Below, in pieces: positions 12,986-22,808 of a stretch of 64,000 nucleotides of DNA; position 1 is the stretch's first letter, and each line of letters opens with the position of its first letter. The stretch covers positions 1,116,001 to 1,180,000 of the forward strand of contig CM106586.1 in the NCBI GenBank assembly GCA_048013815.1, read 5' to 3'. Both the position numbers and the translations under genes were made by a program. The notes under the pieces are model-generated. The model saw only the letters and a program-made list of their open reading frames with translations. It did no database searches and was not told the origin of the DNA. The stretch is from Setoptus koraiensis (taxonomy: Eukaryota; Animalia; Arthropoda).

Positions 12986-13522
12986 TTAGTGATCCCATGG
13001 CTCACCGGCTCTTAGACTTTCTCTCCATCTGAGCCTATCTTCCATTTCCATATTGATTTTTATCTGCAATTTTCCGAGATCTCCTGTCCTAACACCAGCT
13101 TTAATTAGTTTTATCTTATTCAAGTATGACAAATAATTGAAATGGCGACTTGCATCGATATTATACAAATTGTCCCAATCAACTGCTGCACCATCTTTGA
13201 GTTTATTCATTATATAATTGAGTTTTCCTTCTTCAGAGGCTAATTCATCCAATATAAACTCTTTGTCCCATTTAGCACTGTCATCATTTTCATGGTCACT
13301 CAATTTCTTCTCGACACCTTTCAGCTCTTTTGTCAGATTCTCAACATTGCGCTTGCAATCAATAACAAAATCGCGTTGCTCGTCCTCCAATGATTCGAAT
13401 TCAGGCTCCAATTTCGGACCGAAAAAATTCCACCCGGCCGAAACAGATTGAACTAGCATGGACAAGCCAATGACCGCAATTAGGGCTACTTTAGATTGAC
13501 GCATTTCAACTGTATTTTTCAT
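12986..13522 (-). CDS. Orphan secreted helical protein, paralog 2 (178 aa)
   Basis: Signal peptide (MRQSKVALIAVIGLSMLVQSVSA). Shares KL[DE]PEF..LE.E, D[RK]E..LD.LA[AS]EEG.L..I.NK, V[ED]W, I..I.AG...GD..LQ..I..E...R..[FW]RE.L[KR].G with paralog 1. Confidence 0.8.
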   Translation of the reverse strand: MKNTVEMRQSKVALIAVIGLSMLVQSVSAGWNFFGPKLEPEFESLEDEQRDFVIDCKRNVENLTKELKGVEKKLSDHENDDSAKWDKEFILDELASEEGKLNYIMNKLKDGAAVDWDNLYNIDASRHFNYLSYLNKIKLIKAGVRTGDLGKLQIKINMEMEDRLRWRESLRAGEPWDH

Positions 13523-13802
13523 TCTCTGAATATTCCGAATTGGTCACTTGCTTAGAGTTAGTAAGTAAAACGCTGATATGTCACACGACAGATGGTTTAG
13601 TTGGGAAACGATTGACAGATTGCTATATAATGTCAACTCTCGAACGAGAAATGTATTTTAAGCAACGGTTAATGCGAGACTAGAATGCGAACAGGAATGA
13701 GGCGTCATACTAAAAAGGAAGCCTATCTGACAACCTATTGTCAGCGATAGACTCAGATTGAGTTCTCGTTAGCCCAGATCAACTCAGCTCGAGGAGCGGA
13801 GA

Positions 13803-13940
13803 AACAAGTAATACTGATCAAATCAGTATTTCGAGCGCTTAATTTATTGTTTGGACAAGTATTGTTGAAGGATTCAAAGGAGTTTATGACAACCTGTTAA
13901 CCACCGAACTTCAAAATGTGACCATCGAACATTGACCAAT
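13803..13940 (+). repeat. Element A copy 1 (with hairpin AATACTGAT-caa-ATCAGTATT) plus first satellite subunits
   Basis: Near-identical to 18566-18715 (aaacaagtaatactgatcaaatcagtatttcgagcgcttaattt...gaaggattcaaaggagtttatgacaacc...accaccgaacttcaaaatgtgaccatcgaacattgacca). Confidence 0.9.
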
Positions 13941-13982
13941 CAACACAATTAAAATCTACAATAAAATACGATTAAAACTATT

Positions 13983-15097
13983 TTACTTCTTCCTCTGGTT
14001 TCTTACTGTTCTTAAAAAATTTTCCTGTCCCAGCATCGTCTTTCTTTCATCATAATAACCATCTAAAAGATGTTTATAGTTATCTTTCGCCTTTGAGAGA
14101 TGGACTAATATAAAATCGCCTCTTGTTAATTCAAGCTTAACTATGACGTTATTTCCCCTGTAATTTGAATACTCTTTCATGGGGTGGATTGCCACTACCC
14201 TTGATGCTCGTGGTAAACGCCCCTCAAAGACTAAAAATTTTGAGAGGTTGCCTCCCTCTTCGTCCTGGCGCTGGCTGTCGGCCAGGGCGGTTGACGACAG
14301 CCAGGTGGAGTATTCCTCCTCGAAGAGGTCGGTTTCTTCGGCGGGTTCTTCTTCGGGTGGTGGTGGTCGTGCTGTTGGCGGTGTCAGAAAATGGAACTCC
14401 GTGGTGAGGTTTTCACCGCCTTGTTGTGATGGTGGTGGTGATGGTGATTGTGGTTGTGGTTGAGATGGTGGTGGTAATTGTGGTGGTGGTGATGGTGTTG
14501 CTGTTGGTGTTGGTGTTGGAGATGGTGATGGTGTTGGTGTTGGTGTTGGTGTTGGTGTTGGTGCTGGTGCTGGTGCTGGTGCTGGTGCTGGTGCTGGTGC
14601 TGGTGCTGGTGCTGGTGCTGGTGCTGGTGCTGGTGCTGGTGCTGGTGCTGGTGCTGGTGCTGGTGCTGGTGCTGGTGCTGGTGCTGGTATGGTTGAGGTT
14701 GAGTATGCGAGTGATAGATCATAGATGAGAGACTCGTCTATGAGTGATCTTGTTGTTGCAGTTGTTTTCAACCTGTTTTTCTCTAAGAAGCAGGCGGCGA
14801 GCTCTGTGAATAGCCGAGCTATATTTTCATTCAGAATGAATTCTTTATCCATTTCTGCAAAAGAAGAGAGAGAGAAAAGGTGAGACGGTCAGATACGGCA
14901 AATATAGGTTAGAGGAGATTGGGGTTGTTTGGGGGGGGGGGTAAAATCGGTCGTCAACTCGTTGGCTATCACAGAAATCATTCACATGATTCTGGGATAT
15001 TACCGGCGGCTACCACGAGGAGGTCGAGCTGTCCGATCGATTTCAGGGTTCCTACTAGCTCAACCCGTTCAGCAGAGGAGTAGTCAGCTCCCGCCAT
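13983..15097 (-). CDS. Pro-Ala/Pro-Thr repeat protein with C-terminal chromo-shadow-like domain; predicted exons 15097-15004 and 14854-13983
   Basis: 289-codon open frame 14852-13983. A polypyrimidine tract plus TTTTGCAG acceptor (14856/14855) joins in phase 1 to a GT donor at 15003 and an ATG in AAGATGGCGG context at 15097. ILVHLSKAKDNYKHLLDGYYDERK aligns by eye to the HP1 CSD segment [24 protein letters not shown]. Exon 1 and the domain call are inferred. Confidence 0.55.
14563..14688. repeat. Hexanucleotide tandem (GCTGGT) x ~21, flanked by (GTTGGT)n, encoding (PA)n(PT)n on the minus strand
   Basis: Directly visible perfect repeat. Confidence 0.95.
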
Positions 15098-15567
15098 CTT
15101 CTGTCGTTACACCAATGTTACTAGACAAATGTTATTGAACTGCCCCAGATGCTGCCTTTGCTAGCTGTCTTTTTGCATATTGCCTCAGATTAAGCTACGA
15201 TGGAAGACGAAGACTTTCACATCTTTCTCTCTCTTTCTGCTCCCAATTTGCCCTAACGTGAATTTGCCGATATTACATTGCTGTATTATCGGCTATTTTT
15301 TCCGGTCGTCTCTCAACACCTTGATATACGCTAATTGTCCATAATAAGTACGTCTGGGGCGAGATGAACGCGATGTTCACCCACGTGCAAATACACACTT
15401 TGTTTCAGAGAAGTCCAGGTGCCTTCAAAGAATTTAAGTATTGTGCATTTGCTCTATGCTGAGTAAACAAACATAGCCCGCATCAAAACATCCTAAAATC
15501 ATCGACAAAAAGCATTTGTACTGCCCCAGCTTGCTGCCATATTTTTGCACATTAAATGATCTATTAA

Positions 15568-16828
15568 GTGACCATCGAAGTTCGAATTATCACCAGCGAA
15601 CTTCGAATTGTGACCATCGAACTCCGACAGAGCAGATGGAACTGTCATCAGAAATTCGAATTTTCAATTTCAAAGTTCGAAATGTGACCATCGAACTTCG
15701 AATTGTGACCATCGAACTTCGGCAGAGCAGATGAAACTATCATCAGAAATCCGAATTTTCAATTTCGAATTTCGAAGTTCGAAATGTGACCATCGAACTC
15801 CGACCATCGAACACTTACCATCGAACACTGAACGAGCAGATGAAACCGTCAACAGGAATTCGAATTTTCAACTTGGAATTTCGAAGTTCGAGTTGTGACC
15901 ACCGAACTCCCAATTGTAACCATCGAACTTCGAACACTGAACCAAGAAACTTCGACGAAGCAGATGAAACTATCATCAGAAAATCTAATTTTCAATTTCG
16001 AATTTCGAAGTTCGAATTGTGACCATCTAACTCTGACCACCGAACTTCGACGAAGCAGCTGGAACTCATTTCAGGAATTCAAATTTTCAATTTCGAATTT
16101 CGAAGTTCGAATTGTGACCACCGAACTTTGAATCGTAACCATCGAACTACGAAGACCGAACCACGAACATCGACAACTCAGCTGAAACTTTCATCAGAAA
16201 TTCGAATTTTCAATATCGAATTTCAAAGTTCGAATTGTGACCACCGAACTGTGACCATCGAACTATGACCATTTAACTTCGACAATTCAGCTGAAACTCT
16301 TATCAGAAATTCGAATTTTCAATTTCGAATTTCGAAGTTCGAATTGTGACCACCGAACTTTGAATCGTAACTATCGAACTTCGAACACTGAACCACAAAC
16401 ATCGACGGAGCAGATGAAGCTATCATCAGGAAATCGAATTTTCAATTTCAAAGTTTGAATTGCGACCATCGAACTCTGACCACCGAACTCTGACCATCGA
16501 ACTTCGGCAAAGCAGCTGAAACAATCATCAGGAATCCGAATTTTCAATTTCGAATTTCCATGTTCGAAGTTCGAATTGTGACCATCGAACTCTGACCCCC
16601 AAACTCTGAGCATCGAACTCCGACCATCGAACTCCGGCAGAGCAGCTGAGACTATCATCAGGAATTCGAATTTCGAATTTACAAGTTCGAATTGTCACCA
16701 TCGAACTCTAACCACCGAACTCTGACCATCAAACTTCGACAGAGCAGATGAAACTCATTTCAGAAAATCAAATTTTCAATTTTCAATTACGAAGTTCGAA
16801 ATTCGATTTGTCACCACCGAACTCCTCA
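15568..16828. repeat. Satellite array 1, ~95-110-bp monomer built from 7-bp (TTCGAAN-like) and 13-bp (TGACCATCGAACY) subunits
   Basis: Recurrent gcagatgaaactatcatcagaaattcgaattttcaatttcgaatttcgaagttcgaattgtgaccatcgaact. Confidence 0.95.
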
Positions 16829-18376
16829 CAAAGGACCTGTTGCATTTAGGGTCTCCAGAATCAAACTGGTCTGACATACATGAATATAGTATTTTCGTGA
16901 TCGGAAGAGCCTCCTGAGCACGAATATACCAATTGCATCATCCTTTAGTTCGACGTTTAGCCACTAGGCGGCGTTGCTGTTTTTCGCTTTGGGGGCCTCT
17001 GGAGCCACTGTCTCTAGTCATAGAGACACGTTCCTGATATCGTTGGATAGATCTTTGGAAGACGCATCTATAGAGGGTATAATTTTTCCCTAGACTCGAA
17101 TCCAAGTCCGGGAAAAAATCAAAAGAAAACTTTGGCCCCATTTTGTGGGGCCCCAAGAATGTCCGCCCAGAGATTTGACAGCTCATAAAAATAGCCCTAT
17201 GGAAGCGCTCCAAAATGATATATAAAACAACGAAATCAAATCGAACGCCGATGACCAAAAATGAAAAAAACCACATACACCCCCCACCGAAAAAAGAGAC
17301 AAATAGTGGATCGGTGTCTCGTTGAATGACGGACAAGCCCTAGTTGGGTATTTTTGGTATTTTTGGGTAGGGTATTGTACCCTGATATCCGATCGGGTAT
17401 TCCGGAAGTGCGGAAATCCTTCGTTACCGAGATAGCGGAGGTACCTTATTCTGGGTATTTTTGGGTATTTGAAGGCATATTGATATTAGAATAATGGTGA
17501 TACATCCCCACTCTTCACTCGGTCATTGATTGAATGGTACTGTCAGTACTACTGACCCCTTTTTCGATCTTCTTCGACTCGGCCTTGGGCCTCCCAGCAT
17601 CTCTAGGAGTGCGTATGCGTACCCATTATAACCAACAGTATATTTCGAACGATTTAGGTGACGCAGAGAGCGAATTTTCACACCACTCCAAAAGTGATAT
17701 AAAAATCTAGACAACTATGCAAAGATAATTGTTTTGAGGCCCCTCCGAGGCCCGAGATTCCGGTTTTTTTCTATCTCGAGAAGTAGACTTTAAGGCACTT
17801 CTGGACTATCGAGAACGCCTTCATGGGCCCATTCATAGCCCACGTGTCAATTTTTATAGAAATCGAGCTTGGCTTCTGATCAACAGAGCACCCGATCCGC
17901 CTTTTATCTCTAATTCGAGGGGATGTGTATGTGGTTTTTTTCATTTTTGGTCATCGGCGTTCAATTTGATTTCGTTGTTTGATCTATCATTTTGAAGCTC
18001 TTTCATAGGTCTATTTCAATGAGCTGTCAAATCTCTGGGCGAACATTTTTGGGGCCCCACAAAATAGGGCCAAAGTTTTTCTTTGAATTTTTTTTAGACT
18101 TGGATTCGAGTCTAGGGAAAAATTATACCCTCCACAGATGCATTTTCCAAAGATCCATCCAACGAAACCATAAACGTGTCTCTATGACAAGAGACTGGGG
18201 CTCCAGAGGTCCCCAAAGCGAAAAACAGCAAAGCCGCCTAGTGGCTAAACGTCGAACTAAAAGATAATGCAACTGGTATATTCGTGATCAGAAGGATTTT
18301 CCGACCACGAAAATACTATATTCATGTATGTCAGACCAGTTTGATTCTGGAGACCCTAAATGCAACAGGTCCTTTG
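16829..18376. mobile_element. Non-autonomous foldback/long-TIR element (~1.55 kb) with ~450-bp imperfect terminal inverted repeats
   Basis: 16829-17280 (caaaggacctgttgcatttagggtctccagaatc...ccacatacac) is the reverse complement of 17925-18376. Mirror ORFs 16938-17336(-) and 17992-18267(+) give near-identical peptides. No transposase ORF and no clean TSD found. Confidence 0.85.
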
Positions 18377-18565
18377 ACCTAGTCAAATCGCCATAAGATT
18401 GCATACGGAATATTTTCGAGTAAAGCGATAATAGACCAAGTCAAATCTACATCGGAATACATGTGTAATGTCGAGCAGGATTCTCACAAATTTGACTAAG
18501 TCAAACCTCCATAGGATTACATAGTCACGTGAATAAACGTAGTCATAATCACCACCCCAATAGCA
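18377..18565 (+). repeat. Element B copy 1 (three ~60-bp AGTCAAA..CCATAGGATT-type subrepeats)
   Basis: Diverged direct copy at ~20607-20801. Confidence 0.85.
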
Positions 18566-20598
18566 GCTTAATTAAAACAAGTAATACTGATCAAATCAGT
18601 ATTTCGAGCGCTTAATTTTTCGTGTGGACAAGTATTGTTGAAGGATTCAAAGGAGTTTATGACAACCACCGATGTTAACCACCGAACTTCAAAATGTGAC
18701 CATCGAACATTGACCATCGAACATCGAACGAGCAGATGGAACTGTCATCAGAAATTCGAATTTTCAATTTCGAATTTCGAAGTTCGAATTGTGACCACCG
18801 AACTTCGAATTGTAACTATCGAACTTCGAACTTCGAACTTCGAACTTCGAACACTGAACCACGAACATCGACGGAGCAGATGAAACTGTCATCAGGAAAT
18901 CGAATTTTCAATTTCGAAGTTCGAATTGCGACCATCGAACTTTGACCACCGAACCCTGACCGTCGAACATCGAACGAGCAGATGAAACTATCATCAGAAA
19001 ACCGAATTTTCAATTTCCAATTTCGAAGTTCGAAATGTGACCATCGAACTCTGACCATCGAACTTCGACAGATCAGATGAAACTCTCATCAGAGAATCGA
19101 ATTTTCAATTTTCAATTTCGAATTTCGAAGTTCGAATTGTGACCATCGAACTCTGGCCATCAAACTCCGACAATTCAGCTGAAACTCTCATCAGAAATCC
19201 GAATTTCCAATTTCGAAGTTCGAATTGTGACCATCGAACTCTGGCCATCAAACTCTGACAATGCAGCTGAAACTCTCATCAGAAATCCGAATTTCCAATT
19301 TCGAATTTCGAACTTCGAACTTCGAATTGTGACCATCGAACTCTGACCATCGAACTCCGACAATGCAGCTGAAACTATCATCAGAAATTCGAATTTCCAA
19401 TTTCGAAGTTCGAAATGTGACCATCGAATTGTGACCATCGAACATCAAACTCTGACCATCGAACATCGAACGAGCAGCTGTAACTCTTATCAGAAATCCG
19501 AATTTTCAATTTAGAATTTCGAATTTCGAAGTTCGAAGTTCGAATTGTGACCATCGAATTGTGACCATCGAACATCGAACGAGCAAATGGAACTGTCATC
19601 AGGAATTCGAATTTTCAATGTCGAATTTCGAAGTTCGAAATGTGACCATCGAACTTCGAATTGTGACCAGCAAACTTCGAATTGTGACCAGCAAACTTCG
19701 AATTGTGACCATCGAACTCTGTACAAGCACCTGAAACTAGTATCGGAAATTCGAATTTCCAATCTTCGAACTTCAAATTGTTACCACCGAACTTCGAACT
19801 GTGACCATCGAACACTGACCACCGAACAATAACCACCGAACATCGAACGAGCAAATGGAACTGTCATCAGGAATTCGAATTTTCAATTTCGAATTTGAAG
19901 TTCGAAATGTGACCATCGAACTTCGAATTGTGACCAGCGAACTTCGAATTGTGACCATCGAACTCTGTACGAGCACCTGGAACTAGTATCGGAAATTCGA
20001 ATTTTAAATCTTCGAACTTCAAATTGTTACCACCGAACTTCGAAATGTGACCATTTAACTCTGACCACCGAACAATGACCACCGAACATCGAACGAGCAA
20101 ATGGAACTGTCATCAGGAATTCGAATTTTCAATTTCGAATTTCGAAGTTCGAAATGTGACCATCGAACATTGACCATCGAACTCTGACCATCGAACTTCG
20201 GCGAAGCAGATGAAACTATCATCAGAAATTCGAATTTTCAATTTTGAATTTCGAAGTTCGAAATGTGACCATCGAACATTGACCATCGAACTCTGACCAT
20301 CGAACTCCGACAGAGCAGATGAAACTATCATCAGGAATTCGAATTTTCAATTTTGAATTTCGAAGTTCGAAATGTGACCATCGAATTCTGACCACCGAAC
20401 TCTGACCATCGAACTTCGACAGAGCAGATGAAACTATCATCAGAAATTCGAATTTTCAATTTCGAATTTCGAAGTTCGACCTTGGAATTGTGACCATCGA
20501 ACTCCGACCATCCAACGTCGAACGGGCAGATGGAACTGTCATCAGGAATTCGAATTTTGAATTCCGAAGTGGTGAATTGTCACCACCGAACTCCTCAC
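18566..20598. repeat. Element A copy 2 followed by satellite array 2
   Basis: Monomer starts (gcagat) at 20206, 20315, 20424 and 20526 give 109/109/102-bp spacing. An internal ~250-270-bp higher-order duplication starts near 19583 and 19853. Confidence 0.95.
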
Positions 20599-20606
20599 TA
20601 ATTCGG

Positions 20607-20801
20607 CTAGGTCAAATTTCCATAGGATTGCATACGAAATATTTTCGAGTGAAGCGATAATAGACCAAGTCGAATCTACATAGGAATACATGTGTTATGT
20701 CTAGCAGGATTCTCACAAATTTGACTAAGTCAAACCTCCATAGGATTCCATTGTCACGTGAATAGATTAGCAATAAACACCAAACCAATAGCAACTTAAT
20801 T
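20607..20801 (+). repeat. Element B copy 2, running into the assembly gap
   Basis: Matches 18377-18565 and ends ...caatagcaacttaatt, exactly where element A begins in the previous unit. Confidence 0.85.
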
Positions 20802-21301
20802 NNNNNNNNNNNNNNNNNNNNNNNNNNNNNNNNNNNNNNNNNNNNNNNNNNNNNNNNNNNNNNNNNNNNNNNNNNNNNNNNNNNNNNNNNNNNNNNNNNN
20901 NNNNNNNNNNNNNNNNNNNNNNNNNNNNNNNNNNNNNNNNNNNNNNNNNNNNNNNNNNNNNNNNNNNNNNNNNNNNNNNNNNNNNNNNNNNNNNNNNNNN
21001 NNNNNNNNNNNNNNNNNNNNNNNNNNNNNNNNNNNNNNNNNNNNNNNNNNNNNNNNNNNNNNNNNNNNNNNNNNNNNNNNNNNNNNNNNNNNNNNNNNNN
21101 NNNNNNNNNNNNNNNNNNNNNNNNNNNNNNNNNNNNNNNNNNNNNNNNNNNNNNNNNNNNNNNNNNNNNNNNNNNNNNNNNNNNNNNNNNNNNNNNNNNN
21201 NNNNNNNNNNNNNNNNNNNNNNNNNNNNNNNNNNNNNNNNNNNNNNNNNNNNNNNNNNNNNNNNNNNNNNNNNNNNNNNNNNNNNNNNNNNNNNNNNNNN
21301 N
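20802..21301. other. Assembly gap (500 N)
   Basis: Run of N; true length unknown. Confidence 1.
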
Positions 21302-22063
21302 GTGCGGAAACTTCGGGTTCCGGTTTTACAAAAAGTTGAAGCTAGAGCTTTGAAAATTCAGAATCAGGTAGATGACCCCTAGCGGAGCACGATGAAATCA
21401 AAATATATCTAATATCACTTCCGGTTTGCTAGATATCACGGTTAAACTGAATTAGAGGTGCGGCCGGGCCTGTGCGGTTGCGGTGAGCGGGCCCATCCTG
21501 TGCACGGACTGCGCAACACCATGTATTAGTTTGGAATCAAGTTGTTCCTACTTGTCTCATCCTTATTTTTTATTTCCCCCTTCATTTGTGGATGGATTGC
21601 AGTCATGTGAGCGGAGGGTAGAGGGCGCAGCCCGATACCCGAAGCGCTCATCAACCTTACCCGAAGGGTTCCCGTCGCACGCAGTCGTCGCGGGAGCGAC
21701 GACGGAGATGTGACGGCCTCCAGAATACGAGGCCGCAGGCCGAGTTCTCAGACCCACCGCATGTTCATCATCCCCGAGCGCAGCGAAGCAATAATTTGGT
21801 CACTTCCGGTCTTCAAACCCCGCAAATATGACTATATCTAGAAAACCGGAAGTTGCACAGATCTGAAAATTATTCCATCGTGTTGAGAGTAGCCTGAAAC
21901 GTCACTCCAGTGAATTTAAGAGCTCTAGCTTCAACTTTTTGTAAAACCGGAACCGAAAGTTTCCGCACTTCCGGACTACTTTTTCCGCTCTATTGGGATC
22001 AAGGGGAACCCACACCGGAAGTTTCATCAAGATCTGAGTGGGGACCTAATCGAAAGAACAACC
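21302..22063. mobile_element. GG-TIR MITE family copy 1 (left end lost in the gap)
   Basis: Internal sequence gcagtcatgtgagcggaggg...cccgaagggttcccgtcgcacgcagtcgtcgcgggagcgacgacggagatgtgacggcctcca is shared with 22880-23751. Subterminal inverted segments at 21302-21350 and 21920-21970; degenerate right end ggggacctaatcgaaagaacaacc. Confidence 0.8.
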
Positions 22064-22253
22064 AGATTGAGAGCTAAAAGAATACACTATTCTTAAGCCC
22101 ACGTTTTTTGAAATTTTTGCAATATTGACATGAATTTTTTTTATCTTTTAGAATTACTAGGCTATCATCGTAAAAAAAAATTGTTGTCAGTATTGCAAAA
22201 ATTTCAAAAAACGTGGGCTTAAGAATAGCGTATTCTTTTAGCTCTCAATCTGG
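22062..22253. mobile_element. Small hairpin (MITE-like) inverted repeat, ~190 bp
   Basis: ccagattgagagctaaaagaatacactattcttaagcccacgttttttgaaatttttgcaatattgaca pairs with tgtcagtattgcaaaaatttcaaaaaacgtgggcttaagaatagcgtattcttttagctctcaatctgg. No TSD found. Confidence 0.7.
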
Positions 22254-22418
22254 AGAGTTCAGAAAAGCTATAGTCAAGTCAATTCGAGTGTCATGCCAAA
22301 GAGGTTTACCTTGTAAGCTATGACACTGTTCAAATTTTTGCGTGCCCTTGGCTACGCTGATTGTGTGTGTGATAGCTGAGAGCATGTGCATCCTCAGCTA
22401 TCACACAGTACAGTTATG

Positions 22419-22808
22419 GGGTGTTGTAGCGATTAGTGCCCCAGTCTGATTTCAATGAAACTTCACACCAGAATACGAGGTCGCAGGCCAAGTTCTCAGA
22501 CCCATCGCATACTCGTTCCTTAGCAAATCGGAGCTCCAATTTCTCCACTTCCGGTCTTCTTACGTCAAATATATCTGTACATCTGGGAAACCGGAAGTCG
22601 AACAGGGCTGAAAATTATGCCATCATATCCAGCGTGGTCAGTTACGTCCCTCTGGTGAGTTTCAGACCTCTAGCTCGAACTTCATGTGAAACCGGAACCA
22701 GAAGTTTCCGCACTTCCGGACCCACTTCTCCTGTCTATTTGGGTCAAGATGTACTCGTACCGGAAGTTTCATCAAAATCGGAGCGGGGCACTAATCGCTA
22801 CAACAACC
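22419..22808. mobile_element. GG-TIR MITE family copy 2 (short deletion derivative)
   Basis: Ends gggtgttgtagcgattagtgcccc ... ggggcactaatcgctacaacaacc. The flanking 8-mers do not match, so no TSD. Confidence 0.8.

Noticed and set aside
14165-14728. Alternative-frame ORFs (HQHQ..., VLVL...) over the hexamer repeat
   Set aside because: They are frame shadows of the (GCTGGT)n tract. Only the 13983-14852 frame continues into complex sequence on both sides.
15568-20598. Satellite as a CRISPR array or as coding sequence (many RTSNCDH/FDGHNS ORFs)
   Set aside because: No unique spacers, no cas genes and a eukaryotic context. The ORFs occur in all frames and simply translate the repeat.
15568-20598. 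Satellite as a heat-shock-element array next to Hsf
   Set aside because: TTCGAA and GAAGTTC have the wrong spacing. Only two-unit GAAttTTC occurs and I saw no three-unit nGAAnnTTCnnGAAn.
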